Source: Eledone cirrhosa (lineage: Eukaryota). Taken from it: a stretch of DNA of 64,000 bases. The first letter of the stretch is position 1, and every line of letters starts with the position of its first letter. Position numbers and translations under genes: made by a program. Below the pieces are notes generated by a model. That model was not told where the DNA came from and made no database searches. It worked only from the letters and a program-made list of their open reading frames with translations. The stretch lies in the NCBI GenBank assembly GCA_964016885.1, contig OZ024742.1, positions 68,262,001 through 68,326,000 on the forward strand. The letters are read 5' to 3'. This document shows, in pieces, positions 28,130 to 40,006 of this stretch.

Positions 28130-29600
28130 TACGCACATTCCAGTAGCTTTAACAATACTAAACTAGCTAACACCACATCTTTAGCTGAAGCAGTAAATAA
28201 CTATAAAAAGAAAAAAATAGATTTCAAGCTATTGTGGAATACCATTCTGCAAAGAACTCCATATCTAGGGAACAGGAGAGAATGCAGATTATGTTCCGGG
28301 GAGATCGTGGAAATTACTAAATCTAAGGACGATTTATTGAATAAAAGACAGGAACTGATTATAGCTTGTAATCACCGTATACGAAAAACATTTAAGTACT
28401 ATAAACCTAATTAAACATTTTAAATAGCAACTCACTATAGTTCTATGTGACGTAACATTTGTTAGTATCCCCTTCCCCTAATTATACGCCTGCCTGTTTA
28501 TTTTTTTTATTTTTTAACCTTTTAATTTTTTAGCTTCCATAAATTCATGCGTTACTGACTAAGGGCATCAAGGTACATACCCACCTGTAATTGCATGGGT
28601 ATACATGTATCTATGTATGTATGATAAGAGAATATATATATATGCGTATATATATATATGTGTGTATATGTGTATGTATATGTGTATGTACATGTATGTG
28701 TGTTTAGATGTATATATGTATATATAAGTGTGTATATATATATATGTTTGTGTGCGTGTATGTATGGATTCTTATATGTTTATATCTATGTATGCGTATG
28801 TATGTTTTTAATGGAGTATCAATGTTATTATACCTCTATCTATATATGTTAATATATGTACTTTTGTGATCTAATAAAATTATGCGTTTTGACTATATGT
28901 CAACATGCATTTATCTGAGTTTGATTACTTATACATAGACCCACTTGAAAATATTTACTATTTTATAATTTATGATGCATCATACGCTATATTATACTAT
29001 ATACAATGTACCATACTGTACTATATTATATTACATTATATTATATTATTATATTATTACATTTTATTATCTTATTATAATTTTCATCTTTTAATATACT
29101 ATCCTTCCTGGTTATGACCATTACTTTACCTATCTATATTTATCCTAGTTATTTCTGTATATTTTATATTTACTTATTTATATTCACCTAATAATTCCAT
29201 ACAACACAACTCAACATTTAATTTTTACATTCCTTTCTATAAACTTCACTCCACCATCTACATTCCACTATCAATATAACAATTCCTTTTTCTTCATAGG
29301 TTCTTTATAGTAATTCTATTTTTAACACCATTCAACCATTCCTTTCAAAGTGTCATGACCTTAACTAAAGTGAGTTATATTTCATCTTAACATCATATGG
29401 CAAAAAAACCATTTGATTGGTTTGTTCTTCAGCTACCTCCAAATAAGGTCATAGAACTCAATTTACTATTGATTTTGAATAAAATGTTGTGCTTTTGACA
29501 ACGACTGATGATATACATGTAGGTAAATATATTCCTTATTTGATATTTTGTAACTAACCCTACATAGATCGATAACGAAATATGCGTACGATGTATTATT
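28130..29600 (+). mobile_element. PLE 3' fragment (GIY-YIG C-terminus, 3' UTR, HHR)
   Basis: ORF 28232-28414 (W...PY...CRLC..E..EI...LLNKRQE...CNH) is homologous to the C-terminus at 40007; an HHR lies at 29498-29594. Confidence 0.75.
29498..29594 (+). ncRNA. Hammerhead-like motif with extended stem II
   Basis: acaacga-CTGATGA-tatacatgtagg...cctacatagatcgataac-GAAA-tatgc-GTA-cgatgt. Confidence 0.5.
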
Positions 29601-29609
29601 ATCACCTAG

Positions 29610-29745
29610 AAAAGAAATAAGGTTTAGCTTCAAGCATAGCTTTATACAATATGTATAGAAATTTCGTATTTCTAAAGAAATACTTTTTTAGGAAGCCGTA
29701 GCAAACACCGAGGGGGTTAATGCCCTCTGGTGGTGGCCAGCAGAA
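29610..29745 (+). repeat. Interspersed repeat shared with 54350-54475
   Basis: Near-identical 'aagaaataaggttt.gcttcaagcatagctttatacaatatgtatagaaatttcgtatttctaaagaaat...ggaagccgtagc...gccctctggtg'. Confidence 0.85.
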
Positions 29746-30379
29746 GCAAGGGGGACAACCGTCTATTCATTTCAGGCTTCACTGGCCTCCCACCACCCGC
29801 TACCTTATCGATTGTGTTGTTATATCTGTTTACCTTTTACATATATATATATATATACAAATAAAATATAGAGTTATTAACTCATATTGATACCCTGCAA
29901 TTAACAAGCTCAAAGTATAAATACTGAGCATTATAATATTAATAATTGTAGAAATAAACACAGTAAATTTTGCATCTAAATTTACGAGGGTAGAATATAC
30001 CACAAATGTTTTATATATTTAAACTGAAGCATACAGTAAGATACAAGATTTCCTCCTATACATACCGTATCAATAACGATTTCATCTCTCGGACAGACTA
30101 AAGATTTAATCTGTTTCGCCCTGAAAATTGTGTTTGTAACAAATAATCTTAAGGCATTTCATCAGCGAGAGATAGGATTAAATGAAACAAAACACATCTA
30201 ACAAGAACTCACGGAAGTAAATAATGTACCTCGTGGGTTGAAAGCTATACGTGGTGTGAGTGGTTATTCTAGAAATAATAGCCTTATTACACTCATCTTA
30301 TAAGCTCACCTCGATAGGGGGCCGAAATACAAATAAAATATAGAGTTATTAACTCATATTGAAACCCTGCAATTAACCA

Positions 30380-30736
30380 GTGCATTACTGGTACTTTATT
30401 TTATCGACCCCGTAAAGATGAAAGGCAAAGTTAACCTCGAACTCAGAATGGCAAAGGCCGTAACTCTATGCGTCAAAGCATAGCGTCCGATCCTCTACCG
30501 ATACTGCCAATCCACAATAATGATTTCTAGTATAGGCACAAGACCAGTAATTTGAGAGGAGGGGTAAGTCGATTAAACTGACCCAGTATGTTAGTGATAC
30601 TTTATTTTATCGACCCCGTAAGGTTGAAATGCAAAGTTAACTTCGGCAGGATTTGAACTCAGACCGTAAAGGGCCGCAACTCTATGCTGCAAAGCATGGT
30701 GTCCGACTCTCTACTGATACTGCCAGTCCATCGCCT
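30380..30736 (-). mobile_element. tRNA-derived SINE, dimer
   Basis: Two reverse-strand units of the 14935 family. Confidence 0.85.
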
Positions 30737-31408
30737 ATAATACTAAATGTGACTCAATAAAATGCTGCCCGCCAATAAATCTTATGAAACGTAGTTGAGA
30801 ATGGTGAAAATAAAACCATAATAAATATTCGACTGTGGTTTGGCGGCAAGAACTAGTAGAGGCCGTTGCCTTTGGTGGGTCAAGGTAATTCTGTAATTAC
30901 CCCATATGATTCCTTTCCCATATTCTTGTTTTCTAGTTTACTCTAATTCTATTTACTATTGCATATTTATTGTATCCTTGTTATGGCTAATCTGACATTG
31001 TTATCCAACCCCACATAATGTTGTGTTTGTTGGTTTTTTTTAGTATTTCGGTTTTGCACTGTCCCCCAAAACGTTAGTCCTTCTGATCAAGGATAGAAAT
31101 AATAATAATATTTATTATTATTGTTGTTGTTGTTGTTGTTATTGGTGATAAAATATTTCGGTAATTCTATGCCTGAACGTAGGAAAGTTAACATAGAAAG
31201 ATTTCTAACACCATCGCTCAATACACAGACCCATATACATATATGCGTGTGCGTGCGTGTGTGTGTTTGTGTGTGTGTGTCTGTGTGTGTGTGTATATGC
31301 AAAATTTAAACAGAAATAAAGCAAACGACACAGTACAATGAAGAGCATAGTTTAACGCTTGATAGAGTAGGAGAGGAGCCTTAATGTTTTGACACTAGTC
31401 CTTCATCA

Positions 31409-31490
<82 letters not shown>

Positions 31491-31517
31491 GTAGAACACT
31501 GGAAGGTAATATCCGTA

Positions 31518-31597
31518 GCGCTCGCCAACACAATTCGGAAGTTGCGTTTCGCTAATTTCTACTCGCCGAAATGCGATTCTCGCTAAATTTATGTTTG
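31518..31597 (+). repeat. ~75-bp interspersed repeat (also at 33525-33606 and inverted at ~10325-10400)
   Basis: 'gcgctcgccaacacaatt..gaagttgcgtttcgctaatttctactcgccgaaatgcgattctcgctaaatttat'. Confidence 0.85.
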
Positions 31598-31599
31598 TA

Positions 31600-32068
31600 C
31601 TAGCAGAGGTACCCGGCGTTGCTCGGGTATTAAATAGCAGTTGTGTATATAATTTATGTCAATACTTCAGTGCTGCTTCGAAAACTATACTTTTACAAAA
31701 TCATCGGCTTTTTCCAAAAGGGGGTTCCTGCCCCCAGGGGTCCCCTACTCAATATGTGCCAATTCTGAAAGTTCACATTCATCTGTAGGACAAACGTAAG
31801 CCATGTGTCAAGTTTTGTGAAAATCGGTTGCGAACTCCAGAAGTTATGACATTTTGTTGCATTGCACTGCAGTGCTTCAGTCGACTCCAAGGAAGTGGTT
31901 AAAGGGGGTTATCTGCCGGGAGGCCCTATAATCAATATCTGGAAAAATGAAAGTGCCCATGACCATCCGGAGTACATAAGTAACCTATGTCTTAAGTTTA
32001 GTGAAAATACCATAGAAATGCATAAGGTTTATACATACGCGCGCGCGTGCGTGCGTGCGTGCGTGCGT

Positions 32069-32121
<53 letters not shown>

Positions 32122-32240
32122 TGGGTGTGTATGTATTTGTGTGTACGTATGTATTTGTGTGTGCGTATGTATGTGTATGTCCGTCAGGGCATACGTATGT
32201 ACTGGCCTAAATCTTCACTATTTATTTTTACTATTTTAAT
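31600..32240 (-). mobile_element. Non-autonomous Helitron
   Basis: Minus-strand 3' end 'acccgagcaacgccgggtacctctgCTAG|T', a hairpin like the one at 6625-6653. The 5' boundary is uncertain. Confidence 0.7.
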
Positions 32241-33071
32241 AACCTTTGTCATTTTCGATTTCAATTTTATTTACATCATTCTTAAACTCCGGGGTTGGAA
32301 ATCATTATGTTATTTTAAATAGAATATTAGTCTAACGACTCCATTTATACCATAAACTTGGTCTTGTCTTTTCATGAAATTGTTCTTTCTCGTTCCACAT
32401 AACAACGTATTATCATCGCTTTTTTTCCGTTCATTGGCTGGGAACGTCTTCACGAACCAAAATATCCTCTTCCTGTTTTCCTTCGGTTGCAACGTTTCTC
32501 GAAATATTTACTTCTGCGTTCACATATTACTCTCAGATCAATTTGAATGGGAAATTCCTGTTTCATCGATTTTCTCCGTAACCATGGAAGCTTGTAGCTT
32601 GAAAGTCGACCCAATGCCTCCTCAGGTCATTCTGCATAACTGTGTAAATTTTCGCTGCATTCCACCAAGCCGTTTCGACGTTTATCCCACTACACCTATA
32701 TATACAACGTCCGACCACTTCCAATTTATATAGTAGATTAATCTCCCAAGTCTAGCAATTAACCAGTTAGTTTTTTTTAGTTTTTTATTTTTTTAGTTAA
32801 TTCTATTGACTGATTAATCGCTTAAGTTTATTTTAGAAACTACTCGGTCGAGAGCTAATTCGTTTTGTGCTATTTTTGCAAATTTTTGCAATGACTACAC
32901 ATATTGAATTCATTTGCCAAAACTAGGGGTTTTCTCCCCTTTAGAGTTCACATGTGCTTTCGAACACTGTGAGATCCTGGCGCACGCAGAACAAAATGCC
33001 CGTTGAGAAAGTGATTTCCTTGTTCGATCATTATACCAAAAGCTTATTATTTTTTATAAGCAGGCAGTATT

Positions 33072-33195
33072 ATCTAGCATTAATAAAAGCAAAAATCACT
33101 GCTTCGCTGAAGGCATGCTTTTCCTACATTATACTGAGAGAAGTACGCTTTCAACAGACAATGTGTCATTAAACATAACCAAATAATGAGACTTG
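33072..33195 (+). repeat. 124-bp direct repeat, copy 1 (copy 2 at 35472-35595)
   Basis: The two copies are identical by eye. Confidence 0.9.
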
Positions 33196-33197
33196 CT

Positions 33198-33318
33198 ATT
33201 CTGAGTTCAAATCCCGCCGAGGTTAACTTTGCCTTTCATCCTTACGGGGTCGATAAAATAAAGTACCAGTAATGTACTGGGTAATTTCTGGCCTTGTGCC
33301 AATAGTAGAAACAATTAT
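33198..33318 (+). mobile_element. 5'-truncated SINE
   Basis: 'ttctgagttcaaatcccgccgaggttaactttgcctttcatccttacggggtcgataaaataaagtacc'. Confidence 0.85.
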
Positions 33319-33615
33319 TGATTTAGGTGTCGCAGAAACCCTACATCGGATTTTACCATCATTCCCGAGGTCCGGGTAAATATTTCAATCATATCTTATT
33401 TTGTTTGACCCACTTAGCTTGCTCGCTTTTTTGGTTTAGGTGGTTAATGGCTTCGTAACCATCGTCTAATTTTCTATGGCCTTTTTAACTTACGTTTATA
33501 GCTCTGGTATCTTCATATCCATTGAGCGCTCGCCAACACAATTCCGAAGTTGCGTTTCGCTAATTTCTACTCGCCGAAATGCGATTCTCGCTAAATTTAT
33601 ATTTGTATATATGTG

Positions 33616-33694
<79 letters not shown>

Positions 33695-33890
33695 CAATAT
33701 CAAATGGTGATGTTACATACGAGGAAGTTTCGTTTACATATGAAAAATATGTATTGCGTATCGCCCTGTTACGCGCTTTTCGCAGAGGATTGGCTCAAGG
33801 TGACCCATAGAAGTTATGGACCTGACTCCAGTATCGATCTGCTCGTCAGACTGATGGTGTAATAAAAGATATATTTTTGTGATATATATA

Positions 33891-34786
33891 CGAGGGGGGT
33901 CAGAAAGGTTCCAGGACTGATGTCACAAAAGATTTATTTCAAACCCAAACTTCACACTAAGAGTTTTCTCCTTCAAAGTAATCCCGCTGGAGTCAAATGC
34001 ACTTTTCCATCCTTTTCTGCCACGCTTGCATGCACTCCTGGAAGGATTCTTCCGGGATCCTCTGCAGTTCCGTCGTCACGGCCTTTTAGGTGTCGTCCAC
34101 GTCTTCAAAACGGGTCCCCTCCGGGTCGTACTCGAAGATCCATGGCGCATCACCAGTGATGACTGTCCCTAGCAAGTCTGGTTCGGTTTCAAGACGCTCG
34201 AGGATGTCCTGGCACACTTGCATGCGTCGATCCTTCTGGTCATCGTTCACCAGTTTTGGCACCATCTTCGCGCAGACTTTCCGCATGTCCAAATCTTCAG
34301 TGAGAATCTTCCAGACGCTGTCCCTATTCATGCCCAGCTCATTTGCCATCAGTCGAACTGTCAGCCGACGATCGCTATGCACCATCTGCCTGACGCGCTC
34401 AACGTTGACCTCAGTCCTGGTTGTTGAGGGCCTTCCGCTCCTGGGGTCATCTTCCACGTCCTCGCGTCCTTCTTTAAACCTCCTGCACCACTCAAAAACA
34501 CGTGAGCGTGACATCGTCTCATCTCCATACACTTGCTGCAGCAATCCCAGTGCTTCTAGCGGAGTTTTCAAGTTTGTTCGTTACTCTGTGCTCATTGCTT
34601 GACGACCTGAAACAGAGGACATGTAAATAAAATTATGAAGGAAAAGATTTGATCGCTGCAGAGAGTTAAGATTACAGTTACATACTCCAGAGGGATTACT
34701 TTGAAGGAGAAAACTCTTAGTGTGAAGTTTGGGTTTGAAATAAATCTTTTGTGACATCAGTCCTGGAACTTTTCTGACACATCTCG
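33891..34786 (-). mobile_element. Internally deleted mariner element with ~100-bp TIRs and TA TSD
   Basis: TA|CGAGG...CTCG|TA ends. ORF 34086-34571 carries the mariner HTH domains (VYGDETMSRSRVFEWCRRFKEGREDVEDDPRSGRP), VPK and ITGD; the catalytic core is deleted. Confidence 0.92.
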
Positions 34787-35299
34787 TATATATGTGTTTG
34801 TGTGTGGCACACTAAAGGTGGTAAGATCAGGAAAAATTATACATCGTTTAATTATTCAGTGAACTTACAAATTATTGAGCTAATTAGTGGTTACGTTAAA
34901 GCGTCGCTATGATAACATTGATTAATACTTAATAGTGTTGTACAGAAATGCATTACGAAATTGTTAAACAGAAGCAGCTTCTATGATGATAGCAATATAT
35001 AAAGTTGAATTACGTGGATCTTTAATTATAATTAAAGACAAACTGCTTGGAAGTAATCTGAGAATAATTTAAGTTGGTCAAATACATTAGTATTGGTTAA
35101 GTTACAGGTGTATGTTGATAAACGCATGTGTATATCTTACTTAAATATTAAATATTTACTTGCATGGCTGTGTTATGTAAGTAGTTCACTGGAAAAACGC
35201 GTTGTACGGAGATCGTTTTCACTGCGCAGTACTTTAGAGATCTTCTAACATAGTATCTGGTTGGTGATGCCTTTTTAATTTGCTTATTTGTTTCTAATG

Positions 35300-35470
35300 T
35301 CGGCTCAAGGCCAGCAGTTTAAGGTGATGGGAAAGTCGATTACTTCAGCCCCAGTATTTGACTGGTAGTTTATTTCATTGGTCCCGGAAGGTTGAAAAGC
35401 AAGGTTGACGATGGCAGGATTTGACATCATGACACTAAGAATAAAAATGTCACAAAGCATTTTATCCCAA
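35300..35470 (-). mobile_element. Degraded SINE
   Basis: 'aaggccagcag...aagtcgatt...cccagtatttgactggta' is the reverse of the SINE body. Confidence 0.7.
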
Positions 35471-37133
35471 GATCTAGCATTAATAAAAGCAAAAATCACT
35501 GCTTCGCTGAAGGCATGCTTTTCCTACATTATACTGAGAGAAGTACGCTTTCAACAGACAATGTGTCATTAAACATAACCAAATAATGAGACTTGGTGAC
35601 CAAAATAGCTATTCATGAAATGCGTGACAACAACTAGTCAAACATAACTCATAACTCACTTTACCATTAGAGTTGAAAACAATTTTTATTTCTCCGCAGC
35701 ACCCTGCTTACAAGAATATGTCATAATCAATACTGATTTTAGTAAGCGTTGTTTCATAGTATTCTATTCCTCTCAAACGAACCATATTAGAAAAAGTATC
35801 TGAAAATAATTACCTCTAATATATACTATGTACATGTTATATGACTGAAAATTGTTACCAAAATGGCTTTGAAATGTCTAACCACTTAACCAGGCAAAAA
35901 GTACCATCAACTTTATGCTAACGATGTATCTGATTAACCCTAAATGGAGTTTTGGTCTTGAAATTGCGAGGATAATATCACTTGATTAAAATCTTTGTTT
36001 CTCACACTCGTTATATTCAGACTGCGACATTCTATTTGTGAGAATACATTTCATGTAGTGAGCACGCCTAGAGTGAATTCGCTTCTACTCTTCACTGGAA
36101 CATATTAATTACAATTAATTCTCCTTATGTTCACACAAACTTCAATATTTGCAAACTACTCAACGCATCAAGTAACGGGAAAGCAAATTCAAAAATACTC
36201 TTTTGCTGCAGTTTCATGTTTCAAATTCTTCAGAAATATGCTGGCAATAAACTTCCATAAAGTTTCACATTATATAGAGAGAAAGAAATAGGGTTTAGAG
36301 GATATGAGGAAACATAGTGTTAAAGATTAGACATACAATTGAGTAATATCCGATTCAGTTAAAAGAAAGAGAAATATGTATGTGTGTGCGTATGCGGGTG
36401 AGTATGTGTGTGGTTGTGTGTGTGTATAAGTAATAAATTGGAATTACTACCCGAGACACAATTTGATTCGTTCGAATTTAGGTTGGTACATCAGCGGGAA
36501 AGAATAAGATGATTAAACGTGGTATAGATATGTGCTCAGGGACGTATACAAAGACAGGGTGAGGGTGAGGAGCCTAAAGGAATGACTGCTCTAACACAGG
36601 GATGCAAAGACACAGTATTATTAGTATCACGCTTAGGAGGATTAGAGGAGGGTTCAGCACTTCAGACTTAAGTCCTTCTTCGGGAAATGGAAAGTTCGGA
36701 GATAGAGACAATAGGCTGGAACATAAGAGTTTAGAAAAACGTTTTTTCAAAAGGGTGGGGGTAGTAGGCGAGTGGTCCAGAATTCTGGACTAGGGGCCGA
36801 GGTGGATAGTCCAGGTATATCATAGGTGTGGTTATGTGTGTGCTGATGGGGTGAAGTTCGTAGGTGTGCATCTCTTGCTTTTGTCTGCGTGTGTGTGGAT
36901 ACGTGCGTATCTGTGAGTGTTTTTATTATTTGTGTGAGCACGTTTGTGTGTGTGTGTGTGTGTGTGTGTCTGTGTGTCTGCGAATTCTTTGTTTCTTGTG
37001 CATGTGTATGGACGTAAGTGCACGTGTGTACGTGTGTTTTTATTTATGGGTATCTTGGTGTAGGCCTGTGTATGAGCGTCTGTGTATGTTTATGTGCACG
37101 TGCCTATATGTGTATGTTTATATATATATATAC

Positions 37134-37164
<31 letters not shown>

Positions 37165-37199
37165 CATACATATATACTTATATATACATATATGTGTCG

Positions 37200-37231
<32 letters not shown>

Positions 37232-38015
37232 TACATATATATATATATGTTTATATGTATATATATATGTATATATATATACATGTAAATATATATATAT
37301 TTACATATTGTCAGCAATTAAATGTTCTAACATAGCTTTGATTCTTGTGTATTCTATATATATACATATATAGATATATAGATAGACATATATATGATAT
37401 ATATAGTATAGATATAGTATATGTATATATAACATATAATATATATATATATACGCAAATAGTCTGTGTGTGAGAGAGAGGGGGCACACAGAGAGTATGT
37501 GTACCTATTGATCTGGAAAGTCTGCTCAATATGAATTTCTATAAAATATTAGTTTATATTTTAATTATATTTACGCTTCCGGTCCGCCAATTTTTATCTC
37601 CTTTATTGCAATTTCGAAGTATTGGTCTACATCAGTCCTAAGTACATACAGTTGTACTGGCAATCAGAATTAAGTAGAAAGCTATCTATCTCATAGATTT
37701 GTTCCTTCGTGTATATTTACATTAATCTCCTGTCAAGATTAATTCCTTGCAAACATCACATCTGCTTTACCGAAAACAGTTTTATCCTAGCGGATTTGAA
37801 AATCAGACTGGATGGATGTTTTCAATTTGTTCTCTAGACTATTCGATAGCGTATTTGTTTATATAACATTCACAGGCTTCAATTGTTGGTTTTATGTTTA
37901 TAGTTGTCGTAGTCTATTTTGTTTTTGTTGTTATTATATACCTCCCGATCAACTGCGCACTAGTAAACCTATGATTAAAGGTATTCCAGCTGTTACTATC
38001 CAGTTTTCTGTTTTC

Positions 38016-38078
<63 letters not shown>

Positions 38079-38351
38079 ATGTCGCCGCATGTTGTTTGAC
38101 TGCTAAACAAAGACATAATCTTTACTCTATAATAAAATTTAAGTTTCTTCATAAAAGACTCTTTCTTTGCTTAAACCTCGCAACCTTAAAAATGTTAAAC
38201 TGTTTAACTTTCAATTTTCTAATTTCTTTAATTTTATAATGTTAATATTAAATATTAATTTTTTAACTTCATCCTATAAGTCTAAACAAAAATGTAACGT
38301 TCCAATCTTCTGCTCACACATTATAACATACAGACCCCCACTATATTTACC

Positions 38352-38936
38352 TCTGTTAAGATACGGGTCCCTTAGAAAAAATGTTTTTCGTGCCATTCCT
38401 GGCCTGACTGTAGTCTGACATTAGTACCGACCTTTCTTCCTCTTTCTTTCTGTCTTCTTGTAGCTCGACATTAACCCTGACTTTTCTTCTTCCTTTTCTT
38501 CCTTTTCTTCCTTTTCTTCCTTTTCTTCCTTCTCTTCCCCCTTCTTTCTGTCTTTCTTCTTGTGGCATGATATGAACGCTGACTTATCTTCCACCCCCTT
38601 TTTGTTTGCCTATATTTGACCGGTAGTAGTTGTTAAGATACGGATACCTTAGAATAAATTTTTTTTTCGCGACATTCCTGGCCTGACTGTAGTTTGACAT
38701 TAGAACCGACCTTTCTTCCTCTTTCTTTCTTTCTTCTTGTAGCTCGACATTAACCCTGACTTTTCTTCTTCCTTTTCTTCCTTTTCTTCCTTTTCTTCCT
38801 TTTCTTCCTTTTCTTCCTTTTCTTCCTTTTCTTTCTTCTCTTCCCCCTTCTTTCTGTCTTTTTTTCTTGTGGCATGATATTAACGCTGACTTATCTTCCT
38901 CTCCCTTTCTGTTTTCCTCTATTTGACCGGTAGTAG
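38352..38936 (+). repeat. ~280-bp tandem duplication containing (TTCCTTTTC)n
   Basis: 'tgttaagatacgg...ttgaccggtagtag' occurs twice, with different 9-mer copy numbers. Confidence 0.9.
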
Positions 38937-39183
38937 CACAATATAAACTTTAGCCACCTCACTTGAAGGCGACCGGCAAAGGTGGAAGATGCTGGATCGC
39001 GGTAGTCCTCCGGTCTTTGATTTTCAGCCCCATGGACTTTATCTATTACATTCATTTATTATATTTCGAATACCTCATGATATCACCGGATTCATACGGA
39101 ACCCGGTCATTGAAATGATCATAGTATAATAAACCTTTCAAGGATTTACACAAGTCCAGCCTCCTGTCATTTCATTATATATA

Positions 39184-39224
<41 letters not shown>

Positions 39225-39694
39225 TAAAAGAGTAAACACAGGTAAGCATTAAGAGAAGGATTTTATCCAGGTATTTACGACCGTTTCATTGGTAAGTGCA
39301 ACCTTATATTGCTATACTGCAAATAGCAGCCACTCAATTATAATTGTTGTTCACGTCCAAATTTTCAAAATAGTGAGTAAGTTACTCTTGAAATAGTTCT
39401 TAATATAGAGAGAAAAACATTTTTGGGGAATTGTATTTACTAGTATAGAGAGAGAGGAAGAGGAATTAGAAGGTGAGGGGACAAACGGAATAGTATAGAG
39501 AGAGAGGAAGGGGGAGAAGAGTTAGGAAGTAGAGTGACAAACTGAGATGGAGGGAGGGGTAGAGGTGGAAGGATCCCTTGATCAGTTTTGATATGTAGAC
39601 TTCATGTCGTGGAATGTAGTGAGTTAAAGAGAATTAAATTGATCATAGTGGGAGGGAGGGATAGAGAGGGAGAGAGAGGGGGAGATATAAATAG

Positions 39695-39780
<86 letters not shown>

Positions 39781-40006
39781 AAGATAAAGATAATAATGAC
39801 AAAATTAAAAGCAAAGAAGGGGTGAGAAAGAAGAAAAGAAAAGATAGCCAAAAAGGGGAGGGAGGGAAGGAAGAAAACGAATAGAAGAGGAATGAAGGAT
39901 TGGGAGGGATATAGGTATTGGTTTTTGTGGGTAATTAAAAGGGTTTAGATACAATAAGAGGGCATAAAGTCTAAGTATATGCAGTTTGTCAGTTGGTAGT
40001 AAGAGG

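Noticed and set aside
29856-30377. 50-bp direct repeat (29856-29905 and 30327-30377) as LTRs
   Set aside because: It is too short and has no TG..CA ends, PBS or ribozyme core; treated as a local duplication.
34090-34602. 170-aa plus-strand ORF
   Set aside because: It is antisense to the mariner transposase fragment.
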